Source of the DNA: Candidatus Omnitrophota bacterium
GTDB taxonomy: Bacteria > Omnitrophota > Gorgyraeia > DTHP01
Length of the DNA: 64,000 nt
Assembly (NCBI GenBank): GCA_023819145.1
Contig: JAMWCW010000008.1
Span: 5,584-69,583 of the forward strand
Direction of reading: 5' to 3'
Position numbers and translations under genes: made by a program. Below, piece by piece: positions 48,267-58,491 of this stretch; position 1 is the stretch's first letter, and each line of letters begins with the position of its first letter. Below the pieces are notes generated by a model that did not search any database, was not told where the DNA came from, and saw only the letters and a list, made by a program, of their open reading frames with translations.

Positions 48267-48296
48267 TTGACAGAAATGGGTTGATGGTTGTAAAAT
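48267..48296 (+). promoter_or_regulatory. sigma70 promoter for rplM-rpsI
   Basis: TTGACA-N18-TAAAAT. Confidence 0.6.
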
Positions 48297-48332
48297 TCTA
48301 CGCTATTATTCTAATTTGGAAAAGGAGTAAAA

Positions 48333-48746
48333 ATGGCAGTTAGAGATAAGGAAGATATAAAGTGGTATTTAATAGATGCAAAAAAAGAGGTGTTAGGGAA
48401 ATTAGCAGTTAAAGCGGCAAGGATTCTCATGGGAAAGCATAAGCCGGCGTATGTGCCCTATCTGGCTGATGGCGATGGTGTTATTGTTATTAATGCTCGT
48501 CAAATTAATATCACTGGCGATAAGCTTTCCCATAAATTTTATAAACGCTATTCGGGATATCCGGATGGTTTAAAGAAAATACCTCTTTCGGAGATGTTGT
48601 ATCGTAAGCCTGAAGAGGTGATTAGACACGCTGTAGCAGGTATGCTTCCTAAGAATAAACTAACGAAGATTCTACTAAAGAGATTAAAAGTTTATGCTGA
48701 TGATAAACATCCCCATTTGGCACAGAAACCCGTAATGGTTAAATAA
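48333..48746 (+). CDS. rplM: 50S ribosomal protein L13
   Basis: WYLIDA, GKHKP, GMLPK, HPHLAQ. Confidence 0.97.
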   Translation: MAVRDKEDIKWYLIDAKKEVLGKLAVKAARILMGKHKPAYVPYLADGDGVIVINARQINITGDKLSHKFYKRYSGYPDGLKKIPLSEMLYRKPEEVIRHAVAGMLPKNKLTKILLKRLKVYADDKHPHLAQKPVMVK

Positions 48747-48763
48747 GGAAAAGAGGAAAGACG

Positions 48764-49195
48764 ATGGTAGATGACAAAAATGACAATGTGGTAAATCAGG
48801 AAAATCAAACAACGAAAATTCTTGCTACAGGACGTAGGAAAACCGCAGTGGCGAGAGTATGGCTTTTTCAGGGAACGGGGAAAATTCAAGTAAATAAAAA
48901 ACCATATAATCTTTATTTTCACCGTTCGCTTTATGAAAAACTAATCCTCGAACCATTTCGCGCAACTGACACCTTAGGGAAATTTGATGTGGTTGCTAAA
49001 TTGGAAGGAGGTGGTTTGACTGGTCAAGCGGATGCTCTACGTTTAGGTATCTCCCGTGCCCTTACCCTCATTAATCCTACTTTTAGACCTCTTCTGAAAA
49101 GACGCGGTCTCTTAACTCGCGATCCCAGAGAAAAAGAACGTAAAAAATATGGGCAGAAAGGTGCGAGAAAGAGATTCCAGTGGACGAAGCGTTAG
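48764..49195 (+). CDS. rpsI: 30S ribosomal protein S9
   Basis: TGRRKTAVAR, GGGLTGQA, ERKKYG. Confidence 0.97.
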   Translation: MVDDKNDNVVNQENQTTKILATGRRKTAVARVWLFQGTGKIQVNKKPYNLYFHRSLYEKLILEPFRATDTLGKFDVVAKLEGGGLTGQADALRLGISRALTLINPTFRPLLKRRGLLTRDPREKERKKYGQKGARKRFQWTKR

Positions 49196-49266
49196 GTAAA
49201 AATACTTCTGATATTCAAAAAATCTAAAGCAATATATAATAAACTAAGCCTCCGACGAAAAATTTC

Positions 49267-49295
49267 TTGACTATTTTAAATTTTTAGCATAGAAT
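49267..49295 (+). promoter_or_regulatory. sigma70 promoter for the arg/lys operon
   Basis: TTGACT-N17-TAGAAT. Confidence 0.6.
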
Positions 49296-49327
49296 TTTCC
49301 TATCTTATTTTAATTTTAAGGTGAGAA

Positions 49328-50356
49328 ATGGATAAGGTTAAAGTTGGGGTTGTGGGAGCAACGGGTTATGCGGGAGAGGAATTAATCCGCATCTTACTTA
49401 ATCATCCTCAAGTAGAGATAAATTATTTATCCGCAAAAATAGATAAACCTACGGATATAATTGAGATCTTTCCTCAATTTAAAAAGAAAATTAGTCTTAT
49501 TTGTGAGGAACTGGATATAGAAAAGTTGGCTAAAAAATCAGAGGTAGTATTTCTTGCGACTCCCCATGGTTATGCCCATACCATCGTTCCCGAATTAAGG
49601 AAAAGGGATAAAATAGTAATTGATTTAAGTGCAGATTTTCGTCTTAAGGATGAAAAGCTCTATAAAAAATGGTATAACTTTGAACATAGCAATAAGAAAT
49701 TTTTAGAAGATGCAGTCTATGGTTTGCCTGAGGTTTATCGAGAAGAGATTAAGAAAAATAAACTTATAGCTAATCCCGGATGTTATCCTACAGGAGTGAT
49801 TTTAGGAAGCTTACCTTTGGTAAAGAATAGTTTTTTAAAAGAGAATACGATTATTGTAGATACAAAATCGGGAGCAACCGGGGCAGGGAGGACATTAAAA
49901 ACTGATTTACTTTTTAATGAAGTTAATGAAACAATTCGTGTCTATAAAATAAATGCTCATCAACATATCCCGGAAATTGAACAGGAACTTTCTTTGATAG
50001 GAAATAAAGATATAAAAACTATATTTGTCCCCCATCTTTTACCATTAAGTCGAGGCATTCTGAGTTGTATTTATATAAAATTGAATAAAAAATTTTCTAC
50101 GAAAGATCTCCTTGAATTTTACAATAGTTTTTATAAAAATGAACCCTTTGTGCGTGTTTTGAAAGAGGGTAATTTACCACAATTGAAATCAGTGCAATTC
50201 AGTAATTATTGTGATATTGGTATTAGCGTAGATCAAGAGAGTGATTTGGCCATTGTGATATCTGCTATTGACAATTTAGGTAAAGGAGCCAGTGGACAGG
50301 CGGTACAGAATTTAAATATTATTATGGGATGGGAAGAAACCGTCGGGCTTAAATAA
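49328..50356 (+). CDS. argC: N-acetyl-gamma-glutamyl-phosphate reductase
   Basis: GATGYAG, IANPGCYPT, DNLGKGASGQA. Confidence 0.95.
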   Translation: MDKVKVGVVGATGYAGEELIRILLNHPQVEINYLSAKIDKPTDIIEIFPQFKKKISLICEELDIEKLAKKSEVVFLATPHGYAHTIVPELRKRDKIVIDLSADFRLKDEKLYKKWYNFEHSNKKFLEDAVYGLPEVYREEIKKNKLIANPGCYPTGVILGSLPLVKNSFLKENTIIVDTKSGATGAGRTLKTDLLFNEVNETIRVYKINAHQHIPEIEQELSLIGNKDIKTIFVPHLLPLSRGILSCIYIKLNKKFSTKDLLEFYNSFYKNEPFVRVLKEGNLPQLKSVQFSNYCDIGISVDQESDLAIVISAIDNLGKGASGQAVQNLNIIMGWEETVGLK

Positions 50357-50373
50357 GTTGCTAAACTAAAAGC

Positions 50374-51579
50374 ATGAAGATAATTAGAGGGGGGATTACT
50401 GCCCCCCATGGTTTTGAAGCAAGCGGTATTTCTTGTGGTATAAAAAAGGGAAATGCATTAGATTTAGCGCTTATTTACTCCCAACAACCCGCTTTGGCAG
50501 TGGGATTATTTACCTCTTCACATTTCCCCGCAAACCATGTAGTTCTGGATAGAACACGGCTGAATAGGTATGGGCGAGCTCAGGCAATTATTGTTAATAG
50601 CGGAAATGCTAATTGTGCAGTAGGAGAGAAGGGTTTATCGGATGCAGAGAGGGTAACAGATAAAGTAGCAAAAGTTTTGGGTATTAATTCATTTCTTGTG
50701 TTGATGGCTTCTACAGGAATTATTGGTAAGAGATTACCCGTAGAGAAGATAGAAAGAGCGATTCCTCTTTTGATAAATACTAAAAGGAAAGATAGATACC
50801 GCTTGGCAAGTCGAGCCATAATGACCACCGATAAAAAACCCAAAGATATAGCTTTGGAATTGAAAATAAAGGGTAAGAAGATAAGGATTGGAGCCATGGC
50901 AAAGGGAGCGGGGATGATTAACCCTCGTTTGGCAACTATGCTCTGTTTTATAACCACAGATTTGAGTATAAACTCCAAACTGTTAAAGAAGGCGCTTAAA
51001 GAGGCCGTAGATAATTCATTTAATCGCATTAGCATCGATGGAGAGATGAGTACCAACGATAGCGTGATTATTATGGCCAATGGCTTGGCGGGAAATAGAA
51101 GGATAGATAATTTAGAAGAGAGTGATTTTCTTGTTTTCTCAGAAGGATTACGTTTTGGATGTGAGTATTTAGCGCGTCAAATTGTTTTAGATGGTGAAGG
51201 AGCGACTAAATTTATTTCTATAAAAGTTAAAGGAGCAAAGAACAGATTTGAGGCGGAGAGAGTATCCCGAACCATCGCAAATTCTCCTTTGTTTAAGACT
51301 GCGATGTATGGTCAGAACCCTAACTGGGGAAGGATTATTTCTGCTTGTGGAGCGTCAGAGGCTAGACTCAATCCGGAAAAGTTAGATATTAGTTTAGGAG
51401 GGCAATTTGTTTTCAGATGCGGTAAGCCTGTAGGAAAAGATTTCCAGCATTTTAAGAAGATTTTAGAAAAGAGAGAAATAAAAGTAGAAATAGATTTAAA
51501 TCTGGGTAAAGGAGAATATTCTCTCTGGACAATCGATTTGTCAGAGGATTATGTACGCATAAACGCAGGATACGAATAG
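50374..51579 (+). CDS. argJ: Ornithine acetyltransferase
   Basis: NSGNAN, KGAGMI..ATML, STND, DGEGATK. Confidence 0.95.
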   Translation: MKIIRGGITAPHGFEASGISCGIKKGNALDLALIYSQQPALAVGLFTSSHFPANHVVLDRTRLNRYGRAQAIIVNSGNANCAVGEKGLSDAERVTDKVAKVLGINSFLVLMASTGIIGKRLPVEKIERAIPLLINTKRKDRYRLASRAIMTTDKKPKDIALELKIKGKKIRIGAMAKGAGMINPRLATMLCFITTDLSINSKLLKKALKEAVDNSFNRISIDGEMSTNDSVIIMANGLAGNRRIDNLEESDFLVFSEGLRFGCEYLARQIVLDGEGATKFISIKVKGAKNRFEAERVSRTIANSPLFKTAMYGQNPNWGRIISACGASEARLNPEKLDISLGGQFVFRCGKPVGKDFQHFKKILEKREIKVEIDLNLGKGEYSLWTIDLSEDYVRINAGYE

Positions 51580-51585
51580 CCTATA

Positions 51586-52440
51586 ATGGAAGAAGTAATT
51601 AAAAAAGCGGATGTTTTGATTGAGGCAATGCCTTATATTAGGGCTTTCCGTAACAAAATTTTTGTAATTAAATACGGCGGTAAAATAATTCTTAATGAGA
51701 ATGCCCAGAGGCGTCTTTTAGAAGACCTAAATTTTTTATATTTTGTAGGTATCAAACCTGTGCTTGTGCATGGGGGTGGACCTTCGATTACCCAGAAAGC
51801 AGCACAGTTAGGTAAAATGGTAAAGTTTGTTGAGGGCAGGAGAGTAACCGATGAAGCAATGATAAAAATAGTGGAAGAGACCCTTACCGACATAAATCAG
51901 AAACTGATAAAAATGGTGAAACTTTTAGGAGTAGAAGCTAAAGGGTTGGATGGGAAAAAGGACGATATAATCAGAGTTAAAAAGATAGAAGATGAGATTG
52001 ATTTGGGATTTGTAGGTGAAATTACAGAGGTAAATTCTGAACCGATAAAGGCAGTTTTGAAAGAGAAAGCAATTCCTATAGTTATTCCTTTAGGACGGGG
52101 AAAGGATAGACTTACCTATAATGTAAATGCAGATGATGCTGCTTCGGCTATCGCGGTTAGTCTTAAGGCAGAAAAATTTATTCTCCTTACTGATACAAGG
52201 GGGATTTTGCGCAATCCAGAAGATGAGAGTTCTTTGATTTCAACACTTACCCAGAAAGAATCTCTGGAGTTAATTGAGCGTAAAGTAATACAGACAGGAA
52301 TGATTCCTAAGGTTAAAGCGTGTATAAATGCTCTGCAAGGAGGGGTCAAGAAGACACATATTATTGATGGAAGAATAAATCATGTTGTACTGCTGGAGAT
52401 TTTTACTGACCAGGGTATAGGGACAGAAATTGTAAAGTAA
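51586..52440 (+). CDS. argB: Acetylglutamate kinase
   Basis: IKYGG, VHGGG, NVNAD, GMIPK. Confidence 0.95.
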   Translation: MEEVIKKADVLIEAMPYIRAFRNKIFVIKYGGKIILNENAQRRLLEDLNFLYFVGIKPVLVHGGGPSITQKAAQLGKMVKFVEGRRVTDEAMIKIVEETLTDINQKLIKMVKLLGVEAKGLDGKKDDIIRVKKIEDEIDLGFVGEITEVNSEPIKAVLKEKAIPIVIPLGRGKDRLTYNVNADDAASAIAVSLKAEKFILLTDTRGILRNPEDESSLISTLTQKESLELIERKVIQTGMIPKVKACINALQGGVKKTHIIDGRINHVVLLEIFTDQGIGTEIVK

Positions 52441-52447
52441 ATTGCAA

Positions 52448-53650
52448 ATGGTTATGAAGACAGAAGAAGTTATAAAGTTATATGAAGATTACGTGATGAA
52501 TACCTACACCCGCATGCCAATTTCTTTAGCCAAAGGGAAAGGTTCGCGGGTTTGGGATTTAGAACAGAGAGAATATCTTGACTTTTTCCCAGGATGGGGA
52601 GTGAGTGGTTTAGGACATGTCCATCCCAAGATTACCTCTGCCATAAAAGAGCAAGCAAAGAAGCTAATTCATGTTTCTAACAATTACTATCATCATCTTC
52701 AGGCACGTTTGGCAAAAAAGATAATCGATTTGTCCTTCCCCGGTAAAATCTTCTTTTGTAATTCTGGTGCAGAGGCAAACGAGGCTGCTTTTAAATTGGC
52801 AAGAATTTACGGACAGGGTAAACGTTTTGAAATCATCGCTTTTGAAAATTCTTTTCATGGAAGGACCATTGCGGCTATTGCTGCTACAGGACAGAAAAAG
52901 TATCAAGAAGGATTTGAACCCTTGCCTTCTGGTTTTATTCATGTTCCTTATAATAATATTAAAGCAGTGAGAAATGCATTGAGTGAGAGGACAATCGCAG
53001 TTATTTTAGAATTGATTCAAGGCGAAGGTGGTATAAAAGTAGCGGATTTTGAATTTGTTAATGAACTATACCGCTTATGTAAAGAAAAAGATGTTCTTTT
53101 AATTGTAGATGAAGTTCAGACAGGGATGGGAAGGACAGGGGAATTTTTTTGTTTTCAAAACTATGGAATAATTCCTGATATCATGACTTTGGCAAAAGCT
53201 TTAGGAGGAGGTTTGCCGATTGGAGCAATGGTGGCAAGGTCAGGGGTTGCGGAGTGTTTCAGACCCGGAATGCATGCTTCTACTTTTGGAGGAAGCCCAC
53301 TCGTATGCAAAGCAGCTTTAACAGTTATTGAAACGATTCAGAAAGATAGATTGTTAAATAATTGTAGAAGGTTGGGAAATTACCTTAAAGAAAAACTTTC
53401 TGTTTTTAAAGAAAAATTTAGTTTTGTGCGTGAGGTGCGGGGAATGGGATTAATGTTGGCGTTGGAATTAGATATTTCGGGTAAAACGGTAGTAGATCAA
53501 TGTAGAAAACGTGGACTTTTGATAAATTGCACCCAGGAGCGTATTTTGCGGATTATGCCAGCAATAAATGTGAGTAAAAAAGATATTGACAAAGCAGTTG
53601 GTATCTTAGAGGATGTGCTTAAAGAACACCAAAATACCTTACCCTACTAA
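52448..53650 (+). CDS. argD: Acetylornithine aminotransferase
   Basis: NSGAEANE, SFHGRT, DEVQTG, AKALGGG. Confidence 0.93.
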   Translation: MVMKTEEVIKLYEDYVMNTYTRMPISLAKGKGSRVWDLEQREYLDFFPGWGVSGLGHVHPKITSAIKEQAKKLIHVSNNYYHHLQARLAKKIIDLSFPGKIFFCNSGAEANEAAFKLARIYGQGKRFEIIAFENSFHGRTIAAIAATGQKKYQEGFEPLPSGFIHVPYNNIKAVRNALSERTIAVILELIQGEGGIKVADFEFVNELYRLCKEKDVLLIVDEVQTGMGRTGEFFCFQNYGIIPDIMTLAKALGGGLPIGAMVARSGVAECFRPGMHASTFGGSPLVCKAALTVIETIQKDRLLNNCRRLGNYLKEKLSVFKEKFSFVREVRGMGLMLALELDISGKTVVDQCRKRGLLINCTQERILRIMPAINVSKKDIDKAVGILEDVLKEHQNTLPY

Positions 53651-53659
53651 TTTAATGTA

Positions 53660-54574
53660 ATGAAAAGAGATTTCATTTGTATAAGAGATTGGTCAGTAAA
53701 GGAGATAGAAGAGATTTTTTCTCTTACTGAGAAATTAAAAAAAGATCCCCTAGGATTTTTCTCTTCCTTGGAAGGGAAAACGCTTGCTTTAATTTTTGAG
53801 AAACCTTCTACGCGAACCCACGTTTCCTTTATGGTGGGGATGTATCAGTTAGGAGGCAATGCCCTCTATTTGGGACCAGAACAAGTAAAATTAGGAGTGA
53901 GGGAGCCGATTAAAGATATTGCCCGAACTCTCAGTAGATATGTTGACGGAATTGTTATACGCACTTTTTCTCATGAGAATGTGTTAGAAATGGCAAGGTA
54001 TGCGAGCATTCCGGTGATTAATGGTTTGTCTGATTTGCTTCATCCTTGCCAGGCATTGGCGGATATATTTACGATTAGGGAAAAAAAAGGCAAGGTGAGA
54101 AAAGTTAAACTTGGCTTTATTGGGGATGGCAACAATGTTCTTCATTCTCTTCTTTACGGTTGTAGTAAGTTAGGAATAGACCTTTATATTGCCACACCTA
54201 AAGGTTATGAACCCAAAGAAATTATTTTTAGAGAAGCGAAGATGTTGGCGAAAAAAAGCGGTGCTGAGATTAGAATGAGTACTTCTCCTTATACTGTGGT
54301 AAAGGAATGTGAATTTCTTTACACGGATGTGTGGGTAAGCATGGGGCAGGAGAAAGAGAAGAGAAAACGACTGAGAGACTTTAAGGGGTTTCAGCTGAAT
54401 AGAAAACTTTTTTCTGAGGCAGGTAATATGCCTTATATTTTACACTGTCTTCCTTGTCACCGAGGAGAAGAGATTACCGATGAAGTTATCGAGGGAAAGA
54501 ATTCCCTTGTTTTTGAACAGGCAGAAAATAGGTTGCATGTGCAGAAGGCGATTTTAATTAAACTCTTAAGTTGA
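53660..54574 (+). CDS. argF: Ornithine carbamoyltransferase
   Basis: STRT, HPCQ, HCLP. Confidence 0.95.
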   Translation: MKRDFICIRDWSVKEIEEIFSLTEKLKKDPLGFFSSLEGKTLALIFEKPSTRTHVSFMVGMYQLGGNALYLGPEQVKLGVREPIKDIARTLSRYVDGIVIRTFSHENVLEMARYASIPVINGLSDLLHPCQALADIFTIREKKGKVRKVKLGFIGDGNNVLHSLLYGCSKLGIDLYIATPKGYEPKEIIFREAKMLAKKSGAEIRMSTSPYTVVKECEFLYTDVWVSMGQEKEKRKRLRDFKGFQLNRKLFSEAGNMPYILHCLPCHRGEEITDEVIEGKNSLVFEQAENRLHVQKAILIKLLS

Positions 54575-54590
54575 GAAAAGAGGGTAGATT

Positions 54591-55769
54591 ATGAAAAAGA
54601 TAATCTTGGCTTATTCCGGAGGTTTGGATACATCGGTTGCCCTTCACTGGTTGAAGAAAAAAGGTTTTAAAGTAATTGCTTTTTTGGCGGATATAGGACA
54701 GCAGGCAGAATTTAAAAAGCTATCGGAAAGAGCAAAGAAGATAGGTGCAGATAATATTTATGTCAAAGATTTGAGAAGAGAATTCTTAGAAGAGTATTGT
54801 TGGCGGGCGCTTAAAGCTGGGGCAGTTTATGAAGGAAAATATTTGTTGTCTACTGCTTTAAGTAGGCCTTTAATTGCTAAGTACTTAGTAGGGATAGCCA
54901 AAAAGGAAAAAGCGGAGTTTATTGCTCATGGTTGCACAGGTAAGGGAAATGACCAGGTTCGCTTTGAGGTTTCGGTCTCTATCCTGGCACCGGAATTAAA
55001 AATCATTGCTCCTTTGCGAGTCTGGGATTTGAAATCAAGGGAAGAAGAAATTGCCTATGCGAAAAAAAATGCTATACCCATCGATGTTACTAAGAAAAGC
55101 CCTTATTCTATAGACCATAACCTTTGGGGAGTGAGTATTGAATGTGGAGCCTTGGAAGATCCCCGGGTTGAACCCCCAGAAGATGCTTATCAGATAACCA
55201 GTCCTATTTCTGCTACGCCGGATAAACCTTTGTATCTGGAGATTTATTTTGAAAAAGGAGTGCCTACCGGAATAAAAGGAGAGCGTGGGGGAGCTTTAGA
55301 TTTAGTAAGGGAGTTGAATAGATTAGGTGGAGAGCATGGAATAGGACGCACAGATTTGGTAGAAAATCGTCTTATAGGAATAAAGAGCAGAGAGATTTAT
55401 GAAGCCCCCGCCGCTTCAATACTCTATACTGCGCACCGGGAGTTAGAGGCGATGAATCTTGACCGTGAGACTCTCCATTTTAAACCGATTATTTCTGCTA
55501 AATATGCAGAGTTAATTTATTATGGGCTGTGGTTTACTCCTCTCAGGTCTGCTTTAGATAGTTTTCTGGAGAAGATTCAAGAGACCATTACGGGATGCGT
55601 GCGTTTGAAACTTTTTAAAGGAAATTGCATTCCTGTAGGAAGGAAATCTTCTTATTCTTTATACAAGAAAGAAATTGCTACTTATAGTAGCAAAAGTCAA
55701 TTTGACCAAAAGTTAGCCGAAGGTTTTATTAAGATTTGGGCTACGCCATACATTAATCAGCGAATTTAA
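54591..55769 (+). CDS. argG: Argininosuccinate synthase
   Basis: AYSGGLDTS, HGCTGKGNDQVRF. Confidence 0.97.
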   Translation: MKKIILAYSGGLDTSVALHWLKKKGFKVIAFLADIGQQAEFKKLSERAKKIGADNIYVKDLRREFLEEYCWRALKAGAVYEGKYLLSTALSRPLIAKYLVGIAKKEKAEFIAHGCTGKGNDQVRFEVSVSILAPELKIIAPLRVWDLKSREEEIAYAKKNAIPIDVTKKSPYSIDHNLWGVSIECGALEDPRVEPPEDAYQITSPISATPDKPLYLEIYFEKGVPTGIKGERGGALDLVRELNRLGGEHGIGRTDLVENRLIGIKSREIYEAPAASILYTAHRELEAMNLDRETLHFKPIISAKYAELIYYGLWFTPLRSALDSFLEKIQETITGCVRLKLFKGNCIPVGRKSSYSLYKKEIATYSSKSQFDQKLAEGFIKIWATPYINQRI

Positions 55770-55801
55770 TATCAAAAAATCAGGCAAAAGAAGAGGTAAA
55801 T

Positions 55802-57178
55802 ATGACTAATAATAAATTATGGGGGGGGAGGTTTAAGAAAGATTTAGATAGAGATGTTTTTGATTTTACTAAGAGCATCGCTTTCGATAAACGTTTGGCT
55901 ATTTATGATATAGAAGGAAGCATTGCCCATGCCGAGATGTTGGGAAAGTGTAAGGTTATTTCTCAGAAAGAAAAAGCGCTTTTAATAAAAGGTTTAAAGA
56001 GTTTAAAGAATAAATTAACATTATTTAACTTAGATAAACATGAAGATATCCATACTGCGGTAGTTAACTTGTTACGTAGAGAGATAGGGAAAATTGCAGA
56101 CAAACTGCATATTGGGAGGTCGCGTAATGACCAGGTTGTTTTAGATTTGCGCCTTTGTTGTAAAGAAGAAATTAAGGAAATTGTTAAGGGAATTAAGAAT
56201 TTACAGACCTGTTTTTTGAAAGGAGTAAAGAAGTTTAGTGATAAAGTTACCATCCCTTCCTATACTCATCTTAAGAACGCCCAGTGTATCTTATTCTCAC
56301 AGCAGTTGCTTGCTTATCTTCAGATGTTAGAACGAGATAAAGAGAGGCTTTACGATGCGTTGAAGAGGGTAGATGTAATGCCCTTAGGCAGTGGTGCAGG
56401 AAGAGGGGTTAGTTTTTCTATCGATAGATTTTATGTAGCAAAAAGATTGGGTTTTTCTCGTGTTTCAGAAAATAGTATCGATAGCGTGAGTGACCGAGAT
56501 TTTGTCATTGAGGTACTTTCCTGTTTGGCTATTTTAATGATGCATCTTTCGCGAATTGCGGAAGATTTTATTCTTTTCTCAAGTGATGAATTTGGTTTCG
56601 TTGAGGGAGATGACCGTCACTATACGGGTTCGAGCATGTTACCACACAAGAAAAATCCCGACCCCTTAGAGCTTATTCGAGGTTATAGTGGGCGAGTTTA
56701 TGGCAACCTGGTTTCGGTTTTGGTAATGATGAAGGGGCTTCCTTTGACTTACAATCGAGATATGCAGTTAGATAAGCCTCCTTTTTTTGATTCGGTTGAT
56801 ATCGTAAAAAGTTCAATTTATATTTTAGAGAAAGTTCTCTATGGGATAAAAGTAAAGATAGAAAAATTAAAAAAAGCATCTATGAATGAATTCATTTTTG
56901 CTTCAGACATTGCGGAGTTCTTAGTGACTAAGGGATACTCCTGGCAGGAAGCACATGATGCAACAGGAAGATTGATCCTTGAGTCCATAGAGAAGAAAAA
57001 GCCTCTAAAAGAAATGTCGGAAAAAGAACTTAAGAAGATAATACCTCAATTAAATAGAAATTTGATTTCCGAACTACTTCACCCCTTAAAATCAGTTAGA
57101 CGCATAAGGTCCTATGGAGGCTCAAGCCCCGCGAGCATAAAAGTTCAGATTAGAGACTGGGAGAAGAGATTGAGATAG
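55802..57178 (+). CDS. argH: Argininosuccinate lyase
   Basis: LWGGRF, GSSMLPHKKNPD. Confidence 0.95.
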   Translation: MTNNKLWGGRFKKDLDRDVFDFTKSIAFDKRLAIYDIEGSIAHAEMLGKCKVISQKEKALLIKGLKSLKNKLTLFNLDKHEDIHTAVVNLLRREIGKIADKLHIGRSRNDQVVLDLRLCCKEEIKEIVKGIKNLQTCFLKGVKKFSDKVTIPSYTHLKNAQCILFSQQLLAYLQMLERDKERLYDALKRVDVMPLGSGAGRGVSFSIDRFYVAKRLGFSRVSENSIDSVSDRDFVIEVLSCLAILMMHLSRIAEDFILFSSDEFGFVEGDDRHYTGSSMLPHKKNPDPLELIRGYSGRVYGNLVSVLVMMKGLPLTYNRDMQLDKPPFFDSVDIVKSSIYILEKVLYGIKVKIEKLKKASMNEFIFASDIAEFLVTKGYSWQEAHDATGRLILESIEKKKPLKEMSEKELKKIIPQLNRNLISELLHPLKSVRRIRSYGGSSPASIKVQIRDWEKRLR

Positions 57179-58477
57179 ATGCATGAATTTAGATATGTGA
57201 AGGACAGTTTCTATTGTGAGGAAGTTAAGGTAGAGGTTTTAGCAAAGCATTTCGGAACGCCCCTCTATGTCTATAGCTATAACACCCTTATTGATCACTA
57301 TCTAAAATTAAAGCATGCCTTTCAAGAGAAAAAACCACTTATTTGCTATTCTGTGAAAGCCAATTCCAATCTTTCTATACTTAAAATCCTCGTCGATAAA
57401 GGAGCAGGATTAGACATTGTTTCCGGGGGAGAGCTTTTCCGTGCCTTAAAAGTAAAATGCCCTCCGCAAAGAATTGTTTATGCTTCCGTGGGGAAAACCG
57501 ATAGAGAAATTGAAGAAGCAATTAAGAAAGGGATTTTGTTCTTTAATATAGAGTCGCCCCCAGAGTTAGAAAATATAAATGATATTGCTAAAAAAATAAA
57601 GAAGAAAGCTGGTGTGGCTATTCGTATTAATCCCGATGTGGAACCAAAGACTCATAAATTCATTACTACAGGGAAACTAACCAATAAATTTGGTTTAGAT
57701 TTTAAGACCGCAGAGGAAATTTTAAAAAATAAGGCAAAATATCCTTGGGTAAGGATAAAAGGGTTACATATCCATATTGGTTCTCAGATTACCGAAAGTT
57801 CACCTTTTGTTTCAGCAATTAAAAAGTTGGTTGATTTTTATAACCAAATAAAAACAGAGAATGAAGATTTGGAATACCTCAATATCGGGGGTGGATTAGG
57901 TATTGTTTATCACAAAGAAAAGCCCCAGACGGCGGAAGAGTTTGCTTTGCAGGTGTTACCTATTTTGAGAAAAACAGGATTAAAAATTATTCTTGAACCA
58001 GGCAGATTTATCGCTGGGCCAAGTGGAATACTGGTGGTTAAGGTTTTATATATTAAGAATACTCCCTTAAAAAAATTTATTATTGTTGATGGAGGGATGA
58101 ATGATTTAATACGTCCAGCGCTATACGGTGCTTATCATGAGATAATACCACTGTGCCAGAACACCAGCGCCCCAACTACCAGTAAATATGATGTTGTGGG
58201 TCCGATTTGTGAAAGTGGAGATTTCTTTGCCAAAGACAGAGAATTGCCTCCTCTAAAAGGAGGGGATTATTTAGCAATAATGGGAACCGGTGCTTATGGG
58301 TTTAGTATGGCAAGTAATTATAACTCCCGACCAAGGCCTGCAGAAGTCTTAGTTAAGGAAGATAAGGCGTATCTTATTAGAAAAAGAGAAACCTATCAAG
58401 ACCTGATTGGGAATGAAATAGTTATGCATAAGCTCAAAGCTCAAAGCTCAAAACTAAAAACTAAAAACAAAAACTAA
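57179..58477 (+). CDS. lysA: Diaminopimelate decarboxylase
   Basis: YSVKAN, HIGSQI, EPGR, CESGD, MASNYN. Confidence 0.95.
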   Translation: MHEFRYVKDSFYCEEVKVEVLAKHFGTPLYVYSYNTLIDHYLKLKHAFQEKKPLICYSVKANSNLSILKILVDKGAGLDIVSGGELFRALKVKCPPQRIVYASVGKTDREIEEAIKKGILFFNIESPPELENINDIAKKIKKKAGVAIRINPDVEPKTHKFITTGKLTNKFGLDFKTAEEILKNKAKYPWVRIKGLHIHIGSQITESSPFVSAIKKLVDFYNQIKTENEDLEYLNIGGGLGIVYHKEKPQTAEEFALQVLPILRKTGLKIILEPGRFIAGPSGILVVKVLYIKNTPLKKFIIVDGGMNDLIRPALYGAYHEIIPLCQNTSAPTTSKYDVVGPICESGDFFAKDRELPPLKGGDYLAIMGTGAYGFSMASNYNSRPRPAEVLVKEDKAYLIRKRETYQDLIGNEIVMHKLKAQSSKLKTKNKN

Positions 58478-58480
58478 AAA
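58431..58480 (+). repeat. Heptamer tandem repeat forming the lysA C-terminal tail
   Basis: (AGCTCAA)3 then (AACTAAA)-like units. Confidence 0.8.
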
Positions 58481-58491
58481 CGCTAACTTCT